In this document: piece by piece, positions 14,401 through 28,154 of the stretch | Numbering within the stretch: position 1 is the first letter of the stretch | Layout: each line of letters begins with the position of its first letter | The notes under the pieces: model-generated | The model's database searches: none | Seen by the model: the letters and a program-made list of their open reading frames with translations, nothing else | Told to the model about the DNA's origin: nothing | Made by a program: the position numbers and the translations under genes | NCBI RefSeq assembly: GCF_963676685.1 | Contig: NC_092344.1 | Span: forward strand, 117,986,001-118,050,000 | Direction: 5' to 3' | DNA length: 64,000 nucleotides | From: Mytilus edulis | Lineage: Eukaryota

Positions 14401-15620
14401 TGCCTCTTTAGTAGTCTGCAAACAGCTGTGTCAACCCAATGCTGGAAAATGAAAATAAGATTTTATAAATTGGTGCAAAGCACTTGAGTGGATATACTTT
14501 CATCAGGTACACTCAACCCAAAAATTTGAAAGCTAAGGATGCATTCATAACTACTTGTGAAGAGCTAACTGACTTAAATGAACAAATATAAATAGCCAAA
14601 TCAAAAGGGGAAATTACACAGTGTTGATGGAGAAAGAAATGCAATGATCAGTGAGTATGATGCAGGAGTTTTTGTAGACATTGATGCCTTATTTTTCAGG
14701 AGTTGTAAGATATTTACAGAGCAAACAAAAGTTGGATCATGTTTACTGTACAGAAACCAGACCCTACAACCAGGGAGCTAGGTTAACAGCTTATGAAATA
14801 GTCTATGAGAAAATGCCAGGAACATTGATCTGTGATAGTATGGTGGCCATGTTGATGAAGAAAAATAAAATATCAGCTGTTATTGTTGGTGCAGACAGAG
14901 TCGTTGCTAATGGTGATGCTGCCAATAAAATAGGGACGTACCAAATAGCCATAGTGGCTAAACATCATGGTGTGCCATTCTATGTGGCTTGTCCATCCAC
15001 TACGTATGATGACACATTACCGGACGGAGATCATATTGTAATAGAGGAAAGACCACATGGGGAGATGACTTCTGTAAATGGAACCAGAATTGCTGCCCCA
15101 GGTATATTTTTAAATAAATATTATTTTATTCATTCAAAAAATAAAAGTAAATTTATTCATTAAACCAAATACCTTGACTAAAGTTAATTTGGCTCTTTAA
15201 TTTTCAGATATTAATTATTTTTTTTACCAAATATCTTCTTTGACGCTTTGTCAAATATTTTAAATTTCAAATTATTTGAACAACACACTTCATCGGGAAA
15301 ATTTCAATGGATATATAGCAGTTTGACAAACACAAATTTTGGTCATAGAGAAGCTTAATATTTCCTTATCAATAGAACTTGATGAAAACGTTCAGCTGAT
15401 TTTTACAGAGTTATCTCCCTTTATTTTTATGTACCACCTTAATATCCAAAGTAATTTATATCTGCTGAGAATTTAAAATTATATTTCAGGTATTGGTTGT
15501 TGGAATCCAGCCTTTGATGTCACACCAGGAGAGCTTATTACAGGGGGAATAATTACAGAATTTGGTGTATTCAAACCATCAGAGCTTCAACAAAAAATCA
15601 GACAAGCAAAATCCAAATGA
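5442..15620 (+). CDS. MRI1: Methylthioribose-1-phosphate isomerase (methionine salvage)
   Basis: Exons 5442-5573, 7950-8185, 10320-10489, 14700-15101, 15490-15620 total 1071 nt (356 aa + TGA), all GT-AG and in phase. Motifs [78 protein letters not shown]. Confidence 0.97.
5969..7949 (+). repeat. 22 x 89-bp tandem array made from the MRI1 intron-end / coding exon 2 start
   Basis: ttag|ATTCGAGGAGCACC recurs every 89 bp from 5994 up to the real exon start at 7950. Unit = ~25 nt of intron end + exon start carrying a 14-nt deletion. Confidence 0.95.
8274..10054. mobile_element. Non-autonomous DNA transposon with long (~280 bp) imperfect TIRs and 6-bp TSD
   Basis: CACCAGTGTCAA(T/C)GTGATGATCGTAACTGCAATTAC inverted at both ends; ACACTT at 8268-8273 and 10055-10060. 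Confidence 0.85.
10675..11657. mobile_element. MITE-like TIR element
   Basis: CATCGTGTAATGTGTTTTCGTA vs terminal TACGAAAACATATGACACGACG (imperfect inverted); flanks ATGTAT / ATATAT. Confidence 0.6.
11889..13010. mobile_element. Helentron-associated non-autonomous element (HINE), family A
   Basis: Sub-terminal TATACGACCGCA / TGCGGTC(A/G)TATA inverted motif, end hairpin and internal ~150-bp tandem units. Reverse-complement of the copies at 58931 and 62204. Confidence 0.75.
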
Positions 15621-17382
15621 TATTCATTATACTGCTGTTCCAATGCTATGGATGATCCAAATAAATTTACATTTTTATGTTTCATTTTAAATTTTGTTTG
15701 TCTGTTTATAAAGCTGAAGTCCAAGGAATGAATCGTTTCTAAGAGGCTATTTGTAGATATTTGATTCACCAAAAACGAAGCTACTGAATTTTGTTGTTGT
15801 TAACTCTTCTTTTGTACAAGTATCTTTTGAGACCACTCCTTGTCACAGAAATATGCCTTCTTTATAAACAATATAAAAAAGAATATGTGGTGTGATTATG
15901 ATGATTATGATAGTGATTGCCAATGAGACAACCATTTACCAGAGACCAAACAACACAGAAATAATCAACTGTAGGTTACTGTTTGGCCTTCTACAATAAG
16001 CAAAGTCCATACTGTATATTCAGCTATAAAGGCTCTGAAATGACAAATGTAAAACAAGTTTATTTTATGTGTATCTCATGGTATTCCAAAAAAAACCAAA
16101 TGTGTTGAGTTTTAGAACATTTGTTATTTCTTTTTCTTGCATGGTTGATGCCATTTCCTTATGAACATGAATACAGTATTCTATCAGTTCAAGACTTAGC
16201 TTAACTACATTAACCTTCATACAAAGCTCATAGATAATACTTCTAGTTCAAATATTGTCTTATGTCTGTCACTTGAATTTCTAGTCATGTCCATCACCAA
16301 AGTTGATTTTTTATACAATTATCCTTTGATCATCTATGCACAAGATAAGTTCTTGTAAACATTTTGATAAATGCGGATACTTGTAAGTGTAATACAGATT
16401 AATCACTGTTGCTGCCATTCTATAATCCTATTTGTTAACTTGATATCAAAAATTCACATTTTAGAAGATTGTAACCACATTACCATATTAAAACTTTTGG
16501 GGAAATGAACTGTGACACACTATTTATTAGTAACACCAAACATAATGTCTTTCAGAGGTTAAGGTGAAAGGCTGTTTGCTGAAAGATTCAAAATAAAAAT
16601 AGTCAACAAACTGCTAAGCACTGGGTTCCTTTTTAAATTATGGATAAGTGATCAACCAGCAGGATATATATGAGGGTTTGGATGGGGTTCAATGATTAAA
16701 GAATAATGCTCTTAAAAACTGAAGATTAGAGAATAACGGGCAAAAAAAATGAAGATTAGAGAAAAAAGGGGTTAATTTTTTGAAGACTAAAGAAAAAAGG
16801 GGTTAATTTTTTGAAAACGAGAAAAAAGGGGTTAATTTTTTAAAGATTAGAGAAAAAAGGGGTGAAAATTAAATGTTTACAGAATAATAGACCCTCATAT
16901 ATAGGTATATGTTCCTTAATTATTTGATTACTCAATCTACAAAAAGAAATCTGTTACCTGAGGGTGTGGATAGGGTATACAGAATAGAGAATAATAGGCT
17001 AAAAAAAGAAAGAATCGAGAATAAAGGGATGCTACAATACAATACAATAACACATAAAAAAAATATGTCCCCGTTTCAGTTTAAGCTCACTTGGCTTAAA
17101 TGGTCAAGTGAGCTTTTGCCATAACTAGGCATTTATCGTTGTCTGTCAATTTGTTTTTTTTAATAAATGTCTTCTCTAAAACTGCTGAGCCAAACGTTAC
17201 TAATGTTTACCAGAGTGTCCCTTATGGTATCTTGTTTCCAAAAAAAAATCAGAAACAAAGAAAGATGGTTGTCAAAAATGCATAGCAAAAGTATTCATCA
17301 AAACAATCGTCAATTAATCCCTTATAGGTGTTGCTACTCCCCCTACCATTTTTGTACTTTTTTTACCTGACAAACTATAATA

Positions 17383-17692
17383 AACAAGAATGTGTCCTCA
17401 GTACACGAATGCCCCACTCGCACTATCATTTTCTATGTTCAGTGGACCGTGAAATTGGGGTAAAATCTCTAATTTGGTATTAAAATTAGAAAGATCATAT
17501 CATAGGGAACATGTGTACCAAGTTTGAAGTCGATTGGACTTCAACTTCATCAAAAACTACCTCGACCAAAAACTTTAACCTGAAGCGGGACAGACGGACG
17601 AACGAACGAACGAACGGACGAACGAACGAACGAACGGACGCACAGACCAGAAAACATAATGCCCCTCTACTATCGTAGGTGGGGCATAAAAA
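17383..17692. mobile_element. HINE / pearl-like short element with (GAAC/GGAC)n microsatellite
   Basis: ATGCCCC near the 5' end, (CGAA/CGGA)n tract at 17590-17640, terminal hairpin ATGCCCC...GGGGCAT followed by an A-run. Confidence 0.75.
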
Positions 17693-18602
17693 TGATACAT
17701 TACCTAACTATTTGTGTAACAAATTAAGGTTGAATGTCGCTGAAGAAGACAAAACTAACATTGAGCACAACTGTGATTTTATTTTCTGAAAAATGAATAA
17801 TATGCAATCAAAGGAAAAATACAAATACAAATAATTTTATTTTTCATTATAAATATCCGAGAGATAAAAAAAGAAATTTTAAATTTATAAGTTTGAGCTA
17901 TGGTTAACTCTATTTTAGGGGATACAAAGAAAACAACAATACCAGGGGCGGATCCCGCGGATTTTAAAAGGGGATTCCAACCACATGCCCCCATTGGAAA
18001 GTATTGATCGTTAAAAATAAAGGGTTTCAATCCCCAGAACCCCCACCCCCTGGATCCGCCATACACTCCTATATCACTGAACACCACTAGACAAACTTTA
18101 ATAAGTGCGGTGTCGGAGAATACAGAATATCTATCAATCCTGTTGATTTCATAGCTGCAATGTTTACAGATAGATGCTCCAATCAATGTTTGCCAAACAC
18201 AAGTGTTGCATTGATTCACAGGGATATTACCGTCGGTATCTGATTACAAATTTAAAACAAAACAAATTGCTAACATAGTGCGGTTTTATTACTTTATTGT
18301 CTTTTTATATTGACCTTTTATAGTTGAATTAATACTAACGTCAAATTGATTTCACATTTTATATTTGAGATTAGCCACAAATCTTCCAGTATAAACGAGG
18401 GTTGAATGTTAAACAGTAGTTCGGAATCACACTATAATTGACCAGCAAAAACGCCAACAAAAGTGCTGGATTGGACTGACATGAAATATGAATGAATGAA
18501 TTCATCAATGTGGACTCGGGAGGAAAATGCATGAAGAATCGTCAGTAGTCCGCTATGGAGGTTATCAAAACTTATGGACCTACATCCTGTCAAGATACGT
18601 AT

Positions 18603-21600
18603 ATGTTGGCATTTCACAAAGCAAAAATATATAATACAGTAGTATTATGTGTGACTCTCTGCACACAGTCATGTACAATGTCAGAAAAAATGTTAACTGT
18701 GTTTGAGAAACTGGCGCAAGAAGGTATAAACCGAACACTTCAAACGCTTTAAATCATTTGGTATGCCAAAAACTATCACTAAATCCTCGAATAATATGTC
18801 TTATTTAAGGCGAGTACTCTTAAGTCGGTATTATAGGGCTATTGCCTTTTGGTAATGTGTTTCTGTGTTAACAATGTTGTAAAGATCTGTGTCAATCTAT
18901 TTCCAACTTATTTGTGTCTCGTCTGCGCCGAAAGTCAGAGAATGCAAGACATATAGATTACCAAATCTGGCGGCGGCAACTGCTGTAAACTATGTATAAA
19001 GTTTTATACTTCATCCATTGGATACTTTATGTTACGAAGTTCCTGTCTATCTTATGTCCATTGTCCTCAGTGACTCAAGTGTCGTGCTTCGGTGACTGCT
19101 TGAACAAAAAAAAAAAAACCAGTTTTTTTTATCAAGTTTTAAAAATACTCACTTATTAGGAGTAATAGGATAACTATCGTTGGTGTATGGATTCATTGCA
19201 AAGTCTACATGTCTGTCAGATTGAGTTCACCTGGCATCGACTTCGTTCATATCATGGATCAGTGATCAAAGTTACGTGGTCAAGTTCATATTGAACCATT
19301 GTAAGGTGTGCATGTCTGTCTGGCAGGGTTTATGTGACCTTGGTCTCATTTTCAAAGTACATTGGTCAATTATAAGTTTTCGATCTTTTGTCAATTTATC
19401 GGATACCATAGGCGATAGGACGATTGTAAGGCGTTAATAAAATTGAAAATGGAAATGGGGAATGTGTCAAAGAGACAACAACCCGACCAAATAAAAAACA
19501 ACAGCAGAGGGTCACCAACAGGTCTTCAATGTAGCGAGAAATTCCCGCACCCGGAGGCGTCCTTCAGCAGGCCCCTAAACAAATATATACTAGTCCAGTG
19601 ATAATGAACGCCATACTAATTTCCAAATTGTACACAAGAAACTAAAATTAAAATAATACAAGACTAACAATGGCCAGAGGCTCCTGACTTGGGACAGGCG
19701 CAAAAATGCGGCGGGGTTAAACATGTTTGTGAGATCTCAACCCTCCCCCTATACCTCTAACCAATGTAGAAAAGTAAACGCATAACAATACGCACATTAA
19801 AATTCAGTTTAAGAGAAGTCCGAGTCTGATGTCAGAAGATGTAACCAAAGAAAATAAACAAAATGACAATAATACATAAATAACAACAGACTACTAGCAG
19901 TTAACTGACATGTCAGCTCCAGACTTCAATTAAACTGACTGAAAGATTATGATTTCATCATATGAACATCAGGCACAATCCTTCCCGTTAGGGGTTTAGT
20001 ATCATACCATCATAACATATATGAGAAGAACATAACCCGTGTCATGCCAACAACTGTTTTTAGAATAAATGTGTTTAGTTCCGATGCAAAGACCTTATCA
20101 GTGACTCAATATTAACGCCAAAATATGCAATCTTTAATGACTTGACAACAGTATCGTAATTATATCCCTTTTTAATAAGTCTATTCAAAGGTTTTGTAAG
20201 TTTCTGAGGTGAATACTGACATCTTTGTGCTTTATAAAGAATATTTCCATAAAAAATTGGATGTGAAATACCTGAACGTATTAGAAGTCTGCATGTTGAG
20301 CTATATTTACGAATGATGTCTTTATACCGATGATACAATTTAGTAAATGTTTTGACTAGTTTGTGATATCGAAAACCCTGGTGTAGTAATTTTTCAGTAA
20401 TACATAAATTTCTCTCGTTAAAATCTAAAACATTGTTACATACACGAGCGAACCGTACAAGTTGAGATATATAAACACCGTAAGATGGTGACAAGGGAAC
20501 GTCACCATCTAAAAACGGATAATTAACGATAGGAAATGAAAAATCATCCCTTTTATCATAAATTTTAGTATTCAGCTTTCCATTAGTGATATAGATGTCA
20601 AGATCTGTCTGGATGAGTTTTGTGGCATGATCGAATCAGGTAACCAATTGGATTTACTCTTGTTTCACTTCCAATGAATTAACACTGCCTAGTGCATGCG
20701 TAACTCATCTGTTAAATTGAAGGTTCGTGGATACGGATTCAATAAAGTTGAAATATTCACTTGCAAGTGAATAACTCATTTACAATGTTTCTTAGCTTAT
20801 TCTAACAGAACTTTGACATACTATTATTCATAGAATAAAAGTGAAACAAGCCCTTTTGATTTTTCCCGATACCTAATGAGCATAAACTGATTCATTACTG
20901 GCAATATGAATTTCAGAACCGTTTTTGAAAGGTCTTTTTTCTGTTGGTGGTCATTATATTGACAGTTTTACTTTACGGCTGGAGAGTTAAATTGGGTTGA
21001 GTGGTTTACATTTATTTATCATAACGATTTGTCTCCATTATTTATCTTTTTTTATTTGTGAATATTTAAACAATTTCATGGAGAAAAAAGCTTCAATTTT
21101 TCGAATTAACTGGGTTTCACCTAATCCTTTTTCCCAAATATACAAACATGAATTGAAGACGTACAAACAAACAATGATGTGTAGAAATAGTGACATCCAA
21201 TTCTTCATTTGTAAAGATAAAAATCTAAAGGCAAATTTTGATTTAATTTTCCTTTCGCTTTTGTAAGATGATGAAAAGAAATGTGTTTCCCAATATTCTC
21301 ATTTCCAGCACACCAAGACACATTTGAAATTTAATGGTCTGCTTACAAGGCTTGTGGGAAATCGATGGATGTTCACATGAATGAAAATGATTTTTGGCAA
21401 GGCATACATCATATATGTCTGTAACTATTGATTTCGTTTAGTTATGGAGTTTTCTTTGATCGCATGGGTCGTTTTATTGAAGTCATTCATATTAGGTAAG
21501 ATCTAATTAATTAATTTTTGCAAGCAGACTTTTTTTTACAAAAAAAATGAATTACATCTTTGGTCTCTGTTGTTGGTTTTAAATGATTTGAGATTCTTTA

Positions 21601-24600
21601 TACTTTGAACAGCAAAGAAAAAAGACGAAAACAGAAACTTGCTTTTAAGATTTACTTGTATATTCCTAAATGATTATAGTGGGTTTTTTTTAACTTCTCA
21701 ATTATCTATCAATGTAACTCATTCATTCATATTAGATGTAACTATATGAGATTTAATAAAAATGACTCATCCTACAAATGATGCTTCCTGATGGGTCAGT
21801 GGATTGAGAAAGGGAAATCGAGTTTAGCATGAACACTTTTAAAATATGTCCTCGATCACCCTTTTGTTCCGCAAGAAGAACGTTTTTCAAACAACGTTTT
21901 ATTTTGTGTCTCTTTTCCCTTGACTCCAATGTTATCTTTTTTCTACAACAAAATAACAATTAAGTATTGTTGTTGAAATTGGTATTTGCAAACAAATAAA
22001 TAAAATTGAGAATGGAAATGGGAAATGTGTCAAAGAGACAACAACCCGACCATAGAAAAAAACAACAGCAGAAGGTCACTAACAGGTCTTCAATGTAGCG
22101 AGACATTCCCGCACCCGGAGGCGTATTTAATACATGACGCCCGTATACATGACATTTAAGAGAGTTACTCTTATTTCTGTCAATCAGCAAAAAAGATAGA
22201 AAAATCCATCTCCAATAGTAAAAAATACGAATGAATACACGAACATCAACCCACGAAACTGCGTCGAAAAATAAAGATTTCGAAAAATGACTCATATAAA
22301 CTTGGAATGAAACCAGGCGCCCTGGGAAGTTTTGAGGTTCCTGGTCCAGTGGTGGCACCTGTCTTTCAATCATGGTAAGTAAAAATACGGTGGTGGGTTG
22401 TCTTTGGTGATGTTAACAACAAGTACAGCATCTATTGATTGTTGTTTGTTTGGGTGACGGCTGATGGCAAATATTTATACGGTAGTCATACAATTACGTA
22501 TTCAGGACGATCACTGGATTAAATATAGGTTCTTAAAAGAGAGTAGGTCGAATTGAAGTGTTGAAACTTAGACTGCAACTGAAAAAATAGAAATATGTTG
22601 GATAGATGTAGTAATTTTTCCATGCTACTGACCACCTAAAATGGCATCAATATTTGTAACAAAGAGCTTTTATTTTGTCGAGAACGAAGCACTGTCCCTA
22701 CACGAGCATCCCCATTCAAGTAAGGTACTAGTATGGTAGCGATTGTACATGCTTCGGAGCAAATAGGTCGAATTGAAGTGTTGAAACTTAGACTGCAACT
22801 GAAAAAATAGAAGTATGTTGGATAGATGTAGTAATTTTTCCATGCTACTGACCACCTAAAATGGCATCAATATTTGTAACAAAGAGCTTTTATTTTGTCG
22901 AGAACGAAGCACTGTCCCTTCACGAGTATACCCATTCAAATAAGGTACTAGAATGGTAGCGATTTTACATGCTTGGGAGCAAATGCGACATTTCAGCATG
23001 AGGTTTTCTCTTTTGTCTTATTTTCAACAGACTCTAACCGTCAATTTCTACATATAATTAAAAACATGAAGTAAACCTCCTCTTATAAACCTTTGTATTT
23101 CTTGTTTACCATCAATGACTATTAAACATTTATGCTAACATTTAAGTTGTAGGTATAAACTATACACCAGATGGTTGTGAGGAAGGTTGGTTGTACTATA
23201 ACCAGATGTGTTATTTATACAGCCCTCACCCAGTCGACGCCATTGTCGCCAAGGATATATGTAGTACATACAAGGATTCTGTCTTAGTCAGTGTATGGAA
23301 TGAGGAAGAAATGAGTTTTATAACAACCACACTACTTCCGGTTAGTATTATTTTTTATTATTTCCAAACCTATATAACAGTTTTTCAACCATTGAAAATA
23401 GTTTTTTTTTTAAATCAGATACATAGACACAAAAAATGAAATTTATGTCCTCAAACTTGAAACTAAATAAGTTATTAGTTTGTTTTTTTTTGGTCTTATT
23501 AATAACTTAATACAAGTAGACAAATATGTGAATTTCAAATGAATCCTATCCAGTTCTAAAAGAATATATGTGATAAGGCTTATCAAGTCAACCGATATTT
23601 TATCTATAAAAACAGTCTAGTCGTTTTGTCCTGTAGAACATGTAAAAGTCCAAACATTCAATAATAATAAAAGAGAGACTGTTTTTTTTCTTCGGCCATG
23701 ATATACACGGTGGATCTGGGTTTTCGTGGTAGTAAAATATAATGTCATTCAATTTGCTTGTTCAATTTTGCTTCATACGACTGAATGTGGCTAGCTCATT
23801 TTTGGTCCATTTTCGGCTACAGATACACAGTATTCGCTCCATCGAATTGCATTTATTTTTCTTTTATTATTTAATTGATTAGTTAATAAAATTATTGTGT
23901 ATTGTGTGTTAACTATTTCAGCCTTTCACAAAGAATCTTGTATGGATAGGACTTATACCGAAACCAAACAAAGACAAAGAATGGATTTGGTTAGATGGAT
24001 CCATGTCTGACATGGACAAAAATGGTAAGTTTAGATTGGTTGAATATTAAAAAGCTGCAAATGTGAAAATGGTAAGACTTTTTGATTGGAAGATTGTTTA
24101 CAATGTTTTGCAAATTTTCCGGAGTCTATAGAAGATGTATCAGTATAGTTTGCTTAATAATGCAATTCCGAGGGTTCGTGAATTGATGTATAAACAGTAC
24201 TTCGTATGTAAATCATTGTTGTTTCCAGTATGTTTAGTGTAAATGAACTATAATGCAGTCTTAGAAAAAAACGCGACCCTGTGGAACTCTAAACTATAAG
24301 TATCAACAATCTTACAACGATGAAAAAATTGAAAACCTATTCATTTACATGGATCATATCTAAATTAACGTGCTCTATAAACAACATCGTCTCAAACATT
24401 TAAGATGTAATACCGGTATGTTGTGATATTTTGCACGCAAACCCAAACTTGCAGACCAGTTTTGTCTAGGTTTTCAGTTATATGTTGTAACGAAATCCCT
24501 GACATAAATATTTATCAGTTATACACAGGAAATCTAATACACCATACTAGCGAACGAGTTGGTAAAAAAAGTAAAAAAACTACAGAATATCACTGCCGTC

Positions 24601-26669
24601 TAAAAAGTGTGAGGCCGAAAATACAAAAGGGACAATCTAGCATTTAACATTAATAATAGGGAACGAAATTTTTTAGATTTTTCGAATGGCCATTTGATTA
24701 AGTAAAGAACTTCGGTTTGATAAGAACTTGTGAAAGAAGAGAGCCGTAGTGGTTAGTGCATCGGACTACTAACAAAAAGGTTCCTGGTTTGATTCCCGTC
24801 TGGGATGAAAATTTCAGGGACTTAATTTTCGGCTCTCCCGTGACACCATTTTTCGAGTATGGTCTTGATGAAACGATGATAGTCCGTCGGAAGGGGACGA
24901 TAAATGGCTGACCAGTGTTAAGAGAGAGCCATATCTCTTGCACGTTAAAGACACCCTTGTAGATTTCGAAAAAGAGCAGGCTAATGCCGCTACAAGGCAG
25001 CACTCGCACCCGCAAAGTGAAAAAGGATTAATATAAGTTGGAAAACTTGTTTCTCAATCCACTATAAATAAATATGTTTAAACTAAAGAGTATTATAGAG
25101 ACTAGACACTAGATATGAACAGAACCGAAAAGATCGCTAGAAGTAAGTAATTTATCTAACTGTCCTGGGTTACTTTGTTGGATGGGCAGTCTATCTGATA
25201 GGTGAAAATCACGCTGTGAAGAAATAAAGAATGAGAATCAAGTTATACATAGTGAAAGAACAATATATATACCAATACCAATACCAAATTGTTTATTTTA
25301 GTGACATGTGTTTTATAACAATAAACAATATTTCGATAAGCGGTTTTAATTACATGTATCAACACCCGGTCCTTTGGACCTATAAGTCACTTTAAACGTT
25401 ACTTGGCTGCGTAAATCCATAAAGACCACCAGACATGCACGCGTATTACATACTTATAAAATTGAGAGTATAAACGGGGAATGTGTCAAAGAGACAACAA
25501 CCCGACCAAAGAGTAGATAACAGCCGAAGGCCACCAATGGGTCTGTAATACAGAGAGAAAATCCCGCATCCGGAGGAGTTCTTTGGCTGGCCCCTAAACA
25601 AAAATGTATAATAGTACTGTGATAATGGACGTCATTCTAAACTCCGAAATATATATAATAAACAGTAATATTTTAAATCATAAAAGACTAACAAAAGCCA
25701 GAGGCTCCTGCTTGGGACAGGCGCAAAAATACCACGGGTATATATGTATATGATTTTTTGGTCTCATCTAGCTAGACATTTGTAAAATACCGGTATGCGC
25801 CTGAATAGAGCAAAACAACCTCCTTGATAATATTTGAAACTAGCGAATTTTGCTATTTCTATGTACATTGCAATTTTTAATCTTTCAATGAAACTATGGT
25901 TACGAATATTTGTATCCTGTTGCATTTGGACTAGAAATATTTTGCTGTATAAACATGTCCAGTTTGATTGCAGGAAATGCACCAATATCCAATAAAGATA
26001 TATGTGGAGCTCTGAATGCAGATGGAATTGTTGTCTTCAAAGAATGTTGGGATAGACTTCCAGGCTTCATTTGTAAGAGTTGTAAGTATCTATTGTATAC
26101 CTACTTCCCTGCTAGCTGTACGACTTTAATGAAAAGAAGTAAATAAGGTATAGGATGTCTTTAGCTTTACGTAATAACATTATCATCGTTCGTATTGACT
26201 TCCCTAAACGGTATAATAGTTTCTGTATAGAAAGAAAGATATGATAAAGAAATTGAATCCGATAAAAAAAAAGATGAAGAAAACTCACAACAAACGAAGC
26301 GGATAGTTAGTGTTTTAATTTTTTTTCTCATATGATATGTGGACTTGATTGTTAGTTACAGTCCATGAAAATATCTTTATATTCTTTGTAGCATTAGCAA
26401 TGGCATACATCGAAAGTGATCTTTTTAACAAGTCAGTTGCGAACCCACAGGAACCACCTACGCTGCTGTTTGAAAGAATATGGCCACCCAAACAACAGGA
26501 TTTGACGCAGTATGTTAAACATATCGCCCATACGAAAGCTGTATCTCACGAGACTGACTGTGCGTTCTACTGTTCTCACGTGCCTGGCTGTAAAGCGTTC
26601 ATCATCCAGTGTGCTATGGCATGGAAATGTAATCAGTACAACTGTGATCTTTACCAACCAACATCTTGA
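18603..26669 (+). CDS. Putatively secreted C-type lectin-domain + PAN/apple-domain protein
   Basis: Exons 18603 (or 18555)-18723 (tentative, signal-peptide-like), 23153-23340, 23922-24024, 25974-26081, 26392-26669, with compatible phases. CTLD: CEEGWLYYNQMCY...C...LVSV.NEEEMSFI...VWIGL...WIWLDGS...C...C...FICK. Apple-like: CAFYCSHVPGCKAF...CDLY. Confidence 0.8.
18915..19434. mobile_element. Degenerate HINE (family B) fragment hosting a Penelope-like insertion
   Basis: Similar to 27765-28150 (hairpin start, GGCGGCGG, GACCTTG..CTCATTTT units). Confidence 0.55.
19438..20605 (-). mobile_element. Penelope-like retroelement 3' fragment (RT C-terminus + 3' region)
   Basis: DLDIYITNGKLNTKIYDKRDDFSFPIVNYPFLDGDVPLSPSYGVYISQLVRFARVC...KLLHQGF matches PLE RT late-palm/thumb motifs. 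About 630 nt of 3' region is shared with 33500-34139. Confidence 0.85.
22544..22984. repeat. 220-bp direct tandem duplication (2 copies)
   Basis: TAGGTCGAATTGAAGTGTTGAAAC begins at 22544 and again at 22764; copies nearly identical. Confidence 0.9.
24738..25087 (+). mobile_element. tRNA-derived SINE (Deu/Nin-core-like) with LINE-type 3' tail
   Basis: A-box-like TAGTGGTTAGTG, B-box-like GGTTTGATTCCC, core TGCACGTTAAAGACACCC, tail AATAAATATGTTTAAACTAAA. Confidence 0.8.
25457..25735 (-). mobile_element. Solo terminal fragment of the Penelope-like element (shorter ones at ~22001-22124 and ~58624-58650)
   Basis: AAAATTGAG...GGGAATGTGTCAAAGAGACAACAACCCGACC... homologous to 19438-19715. Confidence 0.75.
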
Positions 26670-28154
26670 ATACGGTTGATAAGTTGATATTCCGTCCAAC
26701 TGTGTGCTGACTTTACAACTTTTCAAGCTTATCACAAATACAAATTAAAGATATGATAATGTATTTTTGCTCTAAATTCTGTCATTTAAATGCAAATTGC
26801 GTGGACATGTTTAACAATGGAAATGTAAAATAAGTGGCATTCTCTAAACTGTTTAGAGAAATTGTGGTTATATCGGAATCGCATGTCATTGAAAATTTCA
26901 TATGATTAAAACGAGATGTTCGTTGGATATACAAAAAAAAAAGATGGGCAACTTACAACTCATACCAGAGGGGAAGGGGTCACATACACAAAGGAAATAA
27001 AACAATCAGAGGTCAACATGTGGTCTTCAACAATAGACATGTTCCTTTACACTAAACAAGCTCTGAATACCCTCCAAACCTAGAAAAATTGTCAATAAAC
27101 TAACTGAAGAGTAAAAGGGAGAAGCAAAAATCCAACCAACTGCAAGTTTTTTAGCCAAAAAAAACCCCAACCCCAAAGACAATCCCTTCCAATAAAAAAA
27201 ACTCAACAAACTACAACAAAAACCAATAAAATATTTATTAAGTAGTATAGTTGTTCGATTTTATTTTGTTGACAGCATGCTTGGTAACGTTATTTGGATG
27301 TGTTTTTCAACTTTACGCCGTCTTTTCCCTTTAGAGGAACTTCGCTGAGATACACAATATACACAAGATAAATATGTCTCTGCATGGAGGAAGACTGCTT
27401 ACAAAATTCTCTAATGAAAAATAAACAGTTGTTAGAATTACGCTGTACCTTCACAGTACATGTAGACACGATCGTGTGTAATCACTACATGACTTCAGTC
27501 CTGGTCAGTGGAATAAACTAAACAGTAGTTCAGTTTTGTTTCAAACTAAGAGCATCTATATTAGTCCAAATTTTGGACTCCAAAACACATCAGACGTAAA
27601 GATAAAACAACAAGTAGAAAATCATATTGTTTTGTTTTTCATCAGAAAAGATTGATGAAACCTTCTGAGTGATTAGTTTTTGAATATTTATTAGTCAATC
27701 TTAGAATTATTTATCTCACTTATTGAAACAGAACGATATTGCCGGTACATATATGACCATGTAGTTTTTGTCGAGCCTGCGACTTTTGTCGCATAAAGCT
27801 CGACATAGGGATAGTGATCTGGTGGCGGCGGCGTCGTGAGCTAACTTCTTAAAAGCTTTATATTTTAGAAGGTGGAAGACCTGGATGCTTCATACTTTGT
27901 AAATGGATGCCTCATGATACGATCCGTCAGTCACATGTCCAATGTCCTTGACCTCATTTTCATGGTTCAGTGACTACTTGAAAAAAGTTAGGATTTTTTG
28001 TAATGTTAAATTCTCTCTAATTATAAGTAAAATGATAATTATATTTGGTATGTGCGTACGTTGCAAGGTATGCCCGCCAGGCAGTTTTCATTTGACCTCG
28101 ACCTCATTTCATAGATAAGTGAACATGGTTAAGTTTTGGTGGTCAAGTCTTATA

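Noticed and set aside
24738-24810. tRNA gene
   Set aside because: Only A/B-box similarity, no clean cloverleaf; continues into SINE core and tail.
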